The translations under genes were made by a program, and so were the position numbers. 64,000 nt of DNA from Guillardia theta CCMP2712 (lineage: Eukaryota; Protista; Cryptophyta): positions 442-64,441 of the forward strand of contig NW_005434643.1 in assembly GCF_000315625.1 (NCBI RefSeq), written 5' to 3'. Under the pieces are notes generated by a model. The model ran no database searches, was not told where the DNA came from, and worked only from the letters and a program-made list of their open reading frames with translations. The number at the start of each line of letters is the position of its first letter. Position 1 is the first letter of the stretch. Below, piece by piece: positions 48,676 through 59,200 of the stretch.

Positions 48676-51413
48676 TCACTCCTCCACGTCTGAGACTGAT
48701 CTCAACGAAGACGTCAAGTTTTGCAGCTCCCGGCGGATCCTGAGCAAGTCACAAGCACGTCAGCTGAACTGCACGTATCCCACAACATCTCAAGTCACCT
48801 CGCTCGCACACTTGGCCTTCCCTTGGACGCATCATGGAGCATGTCGGTGAGGGACTGTACCACAGCGTCTCTCCTCCTCAGCTCGTCCTTGAGCTGCGAG
48901 ATGGTCTTCTCCCCCCGCTGTAGCCTCTCCTCCAGCTCCTCGTGCCTTGTGCGGTTCCTCTCGCCCGCTACCTCCATGGAAGAGGGCAGGGAAGAGTCCA
49001 GCACATCCGATCTGGTCAGGCCTTCCTCTTCATCCTCTTCATCCTCCCCTTCGTGCTCCTCCTCCTGCTCCTCCTGCTCCTCCTCCTGCTCCACAGAGTC
49101 TGACACGTTGCCCTTGCAGTCAGCGAGCGTGAGGTTGTCGCGGTCCATGATGGTCTTGACGTGCTGATCCACCTCCATCGCCTGATTCATCTGGATGTCA
49201 AACAGTCTCTTCTCAAGCGCCATTGTGTGCTTGTCGATCGCCTTCCGCAACTTTCGCAGGATGTAGTTGGACTGTTTGCGCACATCATCCACCGCTCCTG
49301 CTCCCGCTCGTGCTCCTGCTCTTTCTCCTGCTTCCGCTCCTTCCGACGGGTCAGCGTGATGAAGTGACTTGGAGACCAGCTCCTCTTGCCGCTTGAAGTA
49401 CTCCTCGAGCTTCTCGAAGAGGTGCTTTTGGTGCGCTTGAGGAGCGGAGTTCTGCGGCGGGCGCAAGCCTTGCTGGAAGGAGCCCAAGGGAGCAGCTGGA
49501 CTCTGCAAGGGAGACATGAACTGGATCCTGCAGACCTCGAGAGGAAAGAAGAGGATGGTCAGACCGTCCGAGGCCACCGCACAGAGGCAAGGAAGGTGGG
49601 GAAACGCGAGGGGGGAGTGACGGGAACGGAAGAACTCCTCAACGGTGGTCGGGAGGCCGACCTTCCTTGCGCTGTCGGTAACGAAGGCGTCAGGTTCAAA
49701 GAGCTCCTGCAGGCAGGCTGGGGCTGAGAGCCCCCGGCAAAAGTAAGCCTTGTTCATGAGGAGGTGGGAGGTGCTGAAGACTCTGCCCTCGAGCTGCATG
49801 CTGACTGCCGTGAGGTCCTGGGGTCCGTGCTGCCGCCAGAAGGCAGACATGTCCTCGACTGACGCATGCCCGAGCAAGCCAGCGAGCACACAAGTCGCTG
49901 CTGTCAACCTCTCCTCTTGCTCCTTCACGCACCCGGTCCTCACCTGCCAGCAAGCTGATGAGTATGGCTGAGGAGGAGGGAGGAGGTAGTAGGGGATGAG
50001 CAAGTGAGAAGGCGGTAGGGGAGGAGGGAGGGAGAAGGCGGTAGGGGAGGAGGGGGGGAGCAACAACAAGGCAGTAGGGGAGAAGGGAGAGGGGAATCGT
50101 GTCTCACCAGCCTCGTCACTATCCACTTTCCAAGTGATAGGTCGCACACTGCATCGAACTCCACGCTCGTTCCGACGGGGAGGATGCGCCCTCTGAGGAG
50201 ATCGGGGGACGCGAGAGCTACGAGCTCACCACTCATCTCCATCGCAGTCTCCTCCTCTAGCATCCCTCCTTGCACCAAGACCTCGTCATCGACTGAGTCG
50301 ACCACTCCGAACCTGCCCTCAAGGTACGCGACGTTCGCCGCCCCCTCCTCTCGCGTTGCCGCTGCATGCTGTGAGATGCTGATAAGCCTCTGAAGAGTCG
50401 TCTCGTCCAGGAGGTCAAGCCTCTTTGCCTGCCAGTCCCTCAGGTCAGCTAGGACGGCACAACCGCATGGAAGCATTCACCTTGAGAGCATGAAAGAGTG
50501 AGAGGGGCGACAGCTTGCGAAGAAGACCCACACCGCCGTCGGGGACCAGCGCCCTCCAAGACAAGAAAGGATCCGCTTCCTCTCCCTGCTCCCAGTCTCC
50601 ACCATTCGCCATATCGTTACCTTGTTCGTCAGCGTCCTCCATGCGATCCATCATGGCCTCCCCGTCTGCCGCATCTCCCTCGTCCTCAGAGGAGGAGAGG
50701 GGCTTGGGAGGCTTGTCGTCTCTGTCGCACATGGGGAGGAACTCGCCCTCGACCCACGTGAAGTAGAGGTGATGGGTGCGCACCCACTCCTCCTCCTCCT
50801 TGGTACAAGATCGCTTGAAGTCAGAGAAGTCGTTGTTGGACACTACGAAGCCTCCCCTCATGAAGGCGTACTGGAGCACCATGGACTCCTCGTTCGCTCC
50901 AGGGGGCATCAGCAGCGCGTGCCCGTGCAGCTTCATCGCAAGGAGAGCGTCAGGGTCATCGGCCACCCTCGTCCTGTTGCTTCCTTTCGGCGGCTCTTGC
51001 GTGTAGGCGTACCCGACCAGCGCTATGACGTGCTGGTAGCCTTGATCCAGGAAGAAGTCGATCACTTTCTTCAGTCCCAGGCAGCTGAACTTCATCCTCT
51101 GCCCGTATGACCATGCTACTGAAGCGCCGTCGATGACGATGTGGCTGCTGCGGGGAGGGAGGCCAAGGGACCCGTAGTCGTCGGGCTGTCTGACCTGCTC
51201 CACATGCTCATGGATGGAGTTCATGGCCTGGTTGAAAGGAGTCTCAAAGGTCTCTTGATCGGGCTCCTTGTCATGCAGCTTGCGAAAGCGAACGGTTTCC
51301 TCCCCGCCCTTGAACAGCAGCGAGGGTTGGGGCGGAACGCGGGCTGCGAAACATGCACGGAGGGAGAAATTCAGAGCCACGAGGAGCGCACAGGAGAGCA
51401 GAGAGAGCTTCAT
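48676..51413 (-). CDS. Zc3h12a/Regnase-type NYN (PIN-like) ribonuclease domain protein with N-terminal signal peptide and C-terminal coiled coil
   Basis: HIVIDGASVAWSYG...FSCLGLKKVIDFFLDQGY...GGFVVSNNDFSDF...LYFTWVEGEFLP parallels Regnase IVIDGSNVA...FSCRGI...DGIVVSNDTYRD...MYSFVNDKFMP. N-terminus MKLSLLSCALLVALNFSLRACFA. Last exon ends ...SVSDVEE*. Confidence 0.8.
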
Positions 51414-51841
51414 GGGTTTAGGAGGGGACGGGAGAGATCTCGTCCTCCTCCTATCCGTCGAAGGATCCTGACAGGGTGATGTTCGCTTCTTCTCCATACA
51501 AGGATCCCATGCGGCGACGCTGGAGGGGAGTGGGGTTCGAAAACGAGGAAGCAGGGGTCAGGTTGTGCGCCCTATCACGTGCTTGACTTCCTTTGCTGCT
51601 TCCTCGCACTCATTTCTTGTCGCCTTCTCCTCCTCTTCCTCCTCCTCTTCCTCCTCCTCTTCCTCCTCCTTCCCCGTTCGGGATGCGTCTGCCCGCCATA
51701 GCCTGGCAGGACTCGAACACGGGCCCAACACTAATAAGATCAGATCATGAAGCAGATCAGGACCCTGCCCTTTTTTATTAGTACTCCACTTAGAAAATCA
51801 CTGAGCTTTGAACGCCTAGATCTGGATGTAGGAGCAAGGGG

Positions 51842-52530
51842 ATGACGCCAGGCATGGAGGAGCTGTTGATGGAGCGGGTGGGGAAGGGGGTGGAGGTGGA
51901 GCTGGTGGACAAGACGAGGAGAAGGGGCTTCGTCTACACAGTGGATCCGATCTCGCACAACACCGTCATGCTCACCAAGGTCAGTGTGGACACGGCGGGA
52001 GGCCCGCTGCTAACGCTTGCTCGGCAGCCGGAAGGAGGAGCAGGGGAGGCAGGCAACTGGGGAGCCTCGATGCTGTTCAACGGAGCTGTCAAGAGCGTAG
52101 CAGGTGATGCTTCCTTGCTCTGTCCTCGTCCTCCACTCATCATCCAGGTCAGACGCGCCCATCGTGGAGATAGACTTCGCCTCTATGGAGCAGGATCATC
52201 CTCTGACAAGGAGGGACCGAGTTCCCGCGGAGGAGCATGATCCAGCCAAGGTTGCCGAGAGGCTGGAGAGCGTCAAAGATAGGCTAAGTGCTGTGAGAGG
52301 CATGCGTAGCGGAGATCTGCGGTGCTGACGGCGATGCAGCACAGGGTTTCTTTCACTGTGCAGGAGGGAACTATCGTTATCTTGGACGGCGTAGCAAGAC
52401 TTCCTGCTCCGTACTCGAAGCACGATATTGTTTGGTGAGTCAAGTGCGACGGTCACTCGTGCTGACTGTACGCAATAGCCAGAATCCCGTGGTTCTAGAG
52501 AGGATGAGAAGAACGATATTTCACGACTGA
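51842..52530 (+). CDS. GEMIN6: Gemin6 homolog (Sm-like fold + C-terminal AD domain; SMN complex)
   Basis: GFVYTVDPISHNTVM (cf. GWVLTTDPVSANIVL); MLFNGAVKSV (cf. IMGHAVQTV); ERLESVKDRLSAHRV; LPAPY; NPVVLERMRRTI (cf. NEIILSRVQDLI). Five exons, stop at 52528-52530. Confidence 0.8.
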
Positions 52531-52761
52531 CGCCCGTGTAAATTGGTTGATGTGTACTCTGGGATTGTTGAACATGAAGAATGTAAAAGGAAGTGCAGGG
52601 TGCATGAGAGCTGCGATCTTGCTCAGACGTCTCGTGAGCGTCATGCGACTAGTGCATTACATATTCTTACAAAGATGTGAAACCTTTTCACTCCACCTAG
52701 GGGAGGAGAAGACATCTCGTTAGCACATGATGATAATATACAGAACTTGATCCGGGATCCA

Positions 52762-54016
52762 TCACTCAACGACGGTAGACAAGCGCTCCATCCTTGTAGA
52801 CCTCTGTTTCGAGATGTCTTCCAGGGAGCACCACAGATTGGGAGCGGTCCTCATCAGGTAGAGCGCATCGGCGTAGCTGAGCTTCAGGACCACAGACTTC
52901 TCCACGGCCCTCACGTCCGCTGCCCGCATGCACTTGCTCCTGATCTCGCTCTCGGGCACGCCGCTCTTGCGCAGCCGACACAACTTGATCATGGTCATCT
53001 CCCCGAAGCACTGCCCCCTGGTCAGCGTGTCGATCTCGACACCATCCACAGAGCAGGAGAAAGTTCCTGAGACGACCCAGTACATGTTATCGCCGAATTT
53101 GCCCTGGGAGATTACCAGGTCTCCCTCTGGAATCGCACACACTTGCAACTTCTTCGCGATGGTTTTCAAGCAGGAGGGATCAACGTTGCGGGAAACGACG
53201 CAAGGCGAGGCCATGAGAGCATCCACTCTTTCCTCCACGTCCATGAGCTCGAGGGATTTTTGATAGCGGTCTTTCTGCCTCTTCAACTCAACCTTGCCGA
53301 TGTTGATGCGCGACATCTCGTCCAGAGAGCTCCACAGGTTGGGGATTCTCCGTATCAACGGGAGCATATCCAGGTACGACAGTTTCAAAAGATGGCATCG
53401 CTCCAGAGTGCGAATATCTGCCATTCTGAGACACTCCTTCGATGCCATATCGAACGACTCTCCGCTCAGCAAGCGCTTGCACAGTTCAACGACAGTCACC
53501 TCACCGAAGCATCGCCCAATTGTCAGGTGGTCGATTTCTTCGTCATCCAGGACACAAGCGCAGCTCCCTGACATTATCCAGTACATGTCCTGCCCAGGTT
53601 GTCCTCTTTTTGTCACCGTTGTTCCTTCTTCCAAAACCATTTCCTGCATCGTCGAGGCCACTTCTTGTAGGCAGGATGGCCAAATTTCCCTGGCACGGAA
53701 TACGCAGAAGCTTTTGATGGTGCTTATCCTTTCTTCAACACAGATGCTAGCCGAATCTTCGGAATTATGCCTTGTACTCTGTAAAAAAAACAGAAACATC
53801 AGTTCCTTTGAAGTTTATGCTTTTAATACATGCAGACAAGAAACCATGTCGAAGCAGTCGTGTCATCACGACATGATCCATCGGCCAAGGGGAGCGCACA
53901 CAACACACTGGCGACTGGAGGAAACTCACCTTCTCCTGATCATCCTCATGCACGCAACTTCCATGATTCATGACTGTACTCGGTTTGTTCTCATCTCCAA
54001 CCTCGCTTGCGTGCAT
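52762..54016 (-). CDS. Tandem cyclic-nucleotide-binding (cNMP) domain protein with atypical phosphate-binding cassettes
   Basis: Two repeats: G..V...G..G..MYWI/V.SG...C..D..EID.LT.G.CFGE...R.AD.R..E...L.KLSY.D. Exon 1 is MHASEV...DDQEK|GTGAGT. Confidence 0.85.
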
Positions 54017-54774
54017 CGCTCAGAGCTTTCGGCGGCAATGCAAACAATTCTCTTGTTCCCACGTTCTTGCACTTGCCTCCCACCCCCTACCCCCAAATTC
54101 TCCTCTATACCCCACCGATATTCAGTATATTTTACTACCCACCCGTATTTAAGACGTTCGTAACATGGATTTTAGTAGGGTAATTGAGTGCAATGATCAG
54201 GACCATAACCCCTTATTTCCGAGCACCCATACCTACTGCTGGTCCGAAAGATGACAAGGCACCCCTTCGACCTCCCTCCCGGGCGACATTGAATCTTGAG
54301 ATATGGTTCTGGTAATGAGATTCGAAAAGTTCTTGTATCGTATCTTTGGTGCTTTGTGTAGTAAAGAATCCCCTGGGGATTGCTGTCTGCCTTTCGAACA
54401 TTGTTATCACCTCAATTGAGGGGGACTCGCTCTTCTTATGTGAATTCATTTGAGTAAAGATGGGTCTGATTTCATTGGTGGCATCCATGATCAACGAAAG
54501 AACAGGGGCCAAATATCCGTTTGAGATATCCCCTTGGACCCCACCCCCTAGATTTCTTACCTGACCACCCCCGAATCCCATGCTGCCATCCGCCGAATGC
54601 CTTTCCGACCTGTAAACCTGCTATATCTATTATTGTTAAGTTTGAAAAATCAGTTCTGTTCCTCCCGTCATCACTCGAAGGAGACGCTTTGGCTGACAGC
54701 CTATAATTACCACCCACCGGTGCGAACCGACACATCCTACAAAACACACCGCCTTACAAGAAGCCAGACTCTGA

Positions 54775-55790
54775 GACCGCCGGGCACCGTCACGGCATAT
54801 AATTTAAGTCAAAGTTTGCCAGGCGCGGCGGCATCGGTCCCGAGGGCCGGGCCGTAACTAACTTAAGTTAGTACGAGTCGGTGGCACGGACTCAGCCCCG
54901 GCCGGGCGCGGACTGTCAGCAAAAAGTCACACTGCGGCGGCGGCGGTCACGGCAAGTCGGACGGTCACTGATCACACCGGGGCCCGCCCGGGCCGGCCGC
55001 GGCGGGCACGGTGCTGCAAATAGTCCGGGACCAACGAGTCGGGCGCGGCCCGGTGCTGAGCACGGACTCCGAACTGAGCCGGGACTCTTGAAGGCTCACT
55101 GCCGCGAGGGTCCCGCCGGCCGCCGACCCAGCCGGCGCCGGCCGCCGGACTCCAAGTCCGCACTGCAGCTCCCTCGGAGCGCCGGTCCGATGATCGGACA
55201 CACTGTGTCCGTGTCAGGCGCGAGCCGCGTGACGGCGTCCGATCATGGCACTCAGACTCGCCAGAGGCAGGCTCACTGGCCTGCCGCTGGCCCGCCGCCG
55301 GGCTGAGTCGCCCGGCCCGCCGGTGCGCCCGGCGGCGGCCGCGGCGCGAGCTCAGCCTGCCAGTGCGCTCGGGCCGGCCCCGGCAGTGCCATCATCATCG
55401 GCGGAAGGAGCCTGGCCTGCCACGGTAGCCGCTCCGGGAGCCTGGCCGCGCCCCGGGCCGCCGGCGGCCGGCGGCCGGCGGCCCCGGCCGGCCCCGGCCC
55501 CCGGGCCCCGGCCCCCGGAGCGGTTCAAGTCGAAGTGGCACTCAGCCCGGCCCGAAGTTCCGAGTTCGAAGTTCTGCCACGGCCCCGGGCCGCCGCCTGC
55601 GGCGGACTCCGGCGCCGCAGGCGGCCCGGGACGCCGTGACACTGGCCCATCAAGTTGAGTAAACAGTGATCGGACGGCTACCGTACCGTGCCAGTGTCGC
55701 CCGGCCCGGCCCGGGCCCAGGCGGCCCGGCGGCGGGCCGGGCTGAACCGTCTTGAAAACAGGCTAATAATAAATTGACCGGCCCTTTCAA
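54775..55790. other. GC-rich palindrome-dense tract between the divergent cNMP and myosin-like genes, preceded by TACCC-rich sequence
   Basis: Same vocabulary as the other tracts. Perfect 16-bp palindrome ACTAACTTAAGTTAGT at 54857-54872. Confidence 0.65.
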
Positions 55791-55875
55791 CCGGGGGGGA
55801 TCTCCTCTATTTTTAAAAAAGCAGAAATTTGAAATGGTGTGCTGGCTGGGCGTGTGATCATGGACGACAGATGTA

Positions 55876-55960
55876 GAGGAGGAGGAGGAGGAGGAGGAGG
55901 AGGAGGAGGAGGAGGAGGAGGAGGAGGAGGAGGAGGAGGAGGAGGAGGATGAGGATGAGG
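55876..55960. repeat. (GAG)n trinucleotide microsatellite
   Basis: More than 20 perfect copies, directly visible. Confidence 0.95.
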
Positions 55961-56221
55961 AAGGGTCAGGTGTGCGAGAGAAGAGAATGTGAAAATTCGT
56001 GCATATTCGAATATGCCCTAATATGAGAAGGCCTTCTCAGAGAGGAAAGCAGGCATCGATGTCCTTTATACAAACGGAAGCATGCTTGCGTGAAAACGAC
56101 ATCTTGCCTGATTTTTTGCATTCTATGAAATGACAAGTATTTTGGCAGATGGTGCAAGATTTCTCTTGTCTCTCAGTCTTTCCAGCCCAAGGCTGAGTCC
56201 GTCGTTTCTCTTCGTCTTCAC

Positions 56222-59200
56222 ATGAGCAACTCAATATGGGTGAGACCCACGGGCGGGCAAAGTTGGGTCGAGGCACAGGTTATCAGCCAGTTGGATGGCG
56301 GAAGGTTGAGGGTGAAACTCAGCGACGGGTCAGAGTTGACCATGTCAGCAAGAGACATTCACCGCAAAAACCAGCCCGGGCTAGACGCGCCGGACAGTCT
56401 CACATCTCTGAAGCATATCGACCTTCCCAATGCGCTCCATGCCTTGAGGTTGAGAACTTCTGTGGGAAAGTACGACACTCGTGCTGGGCCATTCCTGCTT
56501 TTGTCTGGTGGGCTCGAGGTCCACAGCAGGAACAGCAGGAGCGACATGGAGCCGTCAACATGCTGTGCTGGGGTCCAGGCGTCGGCCTACGCTCAGAGCG
56601 TCTTCTCCATGATGAGAGTCCGTCGAGATCCTCAGCTGTGCATCATAGAGGGAGGGAGGAGGGAGGAGCGGGCGGCGATGCTGAGATTGATCCTGAGTGG
56701 TCTTCTTGCTGAGGGCAAGCAAGCATGTACGGCTGCTGGAGGTTCGCTGATCGACAAGGTACGTGCTGTCTGTGCTCTGCCGCCTTGTGATGCAAGAAGA
56801 AGGTCAAGGCAGCGATGCACTTGCTGGAAAGCTTGACGACATCCAACTCCACCTCATGCGACAGCGATGGATGCTTCCTCTCCCTGTGAGCTAGAACGCT
56901 GCCCATGCTGTCTTGCTGCTTCATAACCTTGTCCTCAGCGTGCTGGGCTACGAGCATGCGGCATCGGGGCTGGAGCTCTCTGCAGCAGCAGTGAAGCCTC
57001 GGCTCGTCGACATGAGGAGACCATTGATCGCCCCTGGCCATGAAGGATGCTGCAGGTTGACGGAGCAGGTTCTGCAGGCATGCCTGGAGCAGGAGAAGCT
57101 CGTTGCGGATATCTGTAGCATCTCGGATGTATGCCCCAACGCTAGCCAGGTGGGCAGAAACGAGGAGACTCTTGAGGATTGGAAGGAGACGGTCAGTTCG
57201 TTGGAGTTGCTGGGGATGTCGGAGAGCGAGGTCGAGAGCGTCGTCCGTCATGCTGCCGCGTTGATGGTGTGGTCGTCTGCCGTCTCGGCAATGAAGGAGA
57301 CTGAGAGTTGCCGGAGCTCCACTGAGGTGAAGAGAAGGGGAGAAGAGGGGAGAGGAAGGCAGGGCAGGGGAGCCGAGAGGAGGGAACAGGTGGAATGAAG
57401 CGAGAGGGAGCAGGCGAAGAGAGTCAGGAGGAGGGAGAGACGAGGACGGGAAAATGTAGTCTTGTGGGTTCTTCTAGAGACGGGGAGCGAGCAGAGGAAA
57501 TTGAGGGAACGTGAAGAGGAGACGACGAGGTGATAAAATGCCGCAGAAGCTTGCTCGAGCCTGGAGGAAGGTGGAAAACCTGCTCTTCTCCACGGGGGAG
57601 GAAGCATCCGATGCTGGAGAGGAATCGCGCGAGGAGATGTCAGGTAAGAGGAGGACGACACGACTGCTAGACCCCTCAGCTTCTTGTCCTCATAGATGCG
57701 CTCCTGGGCAACTTCATGATGAACGCCGAGGCCTTCGGGTCTTGTTTGTACATGATGATCATCGAGAAAGTCCTCCTAGCCGCTCAAGTGGCCCTGGGGT
57801 CAGCAAAGCTCTCAGAGAATCCTGGCGAAACAGGAGGAGCAGGAGCAGGAGCAGGAGCAGGAGGAGCTGGAGCTGGAGCTGGACTGAGGACCGTCACCAT
57901 CATCTGCACGAAAGATGTCTCAGAGTGTGACGCTCCTGCTGCCGACGACCGACGGCCTGCGGGCTCGACGAGTTTCCAGCAACTCGCTGCCAGGCTGATG
58001 GACGACCTTTTGCATCATCGACTGCAGTCCTGCCTGTCTGCATGGGAGGTAGAGCCCCCCCCCCCCGCTCCTGCTCCTGCTCCTTTCCTAGGACGCGCAA
58101 TCTCAGATTCTTCCTTCCTTTTCTCTTTCTCCTCCTTTCCTTTCCCTCCTCCACGCTTCATCGGAGATGGTGAACATTTCCTTTTCAGGATCAATGCAAG
58201 AGAGAGCAGATCACGTAAGCGGCTTACCATACTCTTACTCCCTCCCTCCTTCCCATCTTCCCCTCCCTCCCTCCCTCCCTCCCTCCCTCCCCCTTACTCA
58301 TCGTTCCTGGTCCAGGTCTCGCACTGTGTGTCGAGCACGAGGAGGGAAGCATCCCCTGCGTCTCCTGGAGGAAGGAAGTCTCCTCGAGAGGATGAGCAAG
58401 TTGACAAGGGCCGCACTCCCCTCCTCCCGCCTCAGCCTCCTCCCCCATCTGTCCTTGATGGATCAGATGCGGCAGTGGGCAGGGGAAATGGACATCTCTT
58501 CCTCCTCCGCCTGTGCTGCCTTCATCGGGGGCCAGCAGCAGCTCCTGGCTGTGGAGCATGTAGAGCAGCGGCAGGAGTACAGCATGCAGCAGCTGCTGCG
58601 CGAAGACTTCTTCTACGTCCTCCTCGCCCGCTATGCCCAATGGCTGAGGGCAGCGGCGCAGAGGAGAGCAGGAGGCTCCTTCCTCCTCCCCAGGGGTCCC
58701 TGCGCGGCCCCGCAGGCAGACTTGGTTGCTGCGATGAGGAAGGAGCTGATGGAGGTTGAGGAGGAGCTGAACTCGCATGAGCTGCAAAGCACGCGGAGGT
58801 TTCTCTGCCTCCAAACGTGCCAGGAGAGGAACAGCAGATACTTCGACGCGAGCTTCTGTGAGCTGCAGTTGAGGTAGTCCTCTTTACCCCTCGTTCCTCT
58901 TCCCTCCTCCCTCCTCCTGCCCCTCCACGACCTCATCTACTCCATACCCCAAGTCTCTTCCTCTACCGCCGGACCTCTGGTACCCGAGCTCTGTCGTTCC
59001 TCACTGCGATCGCAGGAAGCATCGCGTGGTGGAGGCAAGTCTGCTCGGGAGGGAGGGACTGGACAGGAGCTTCTCACACGAGCTCTTCGTCCATCGCTAC
59101 CATCCCCTCCTCTTCGGCCATGGCGTCGTCCCCCCCTCCCATCCCCTCCGTGACTGCTACCTGCTGGGACGCCTGTCCTTGAGCGAGCAGGTCCAGACCG

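Noticed and set aside
54213-54581. 122-aa minus-strand ORF between TACCC tracts
   Set aside because: No motifs, and both ends are formed by the intergenic word pattern.
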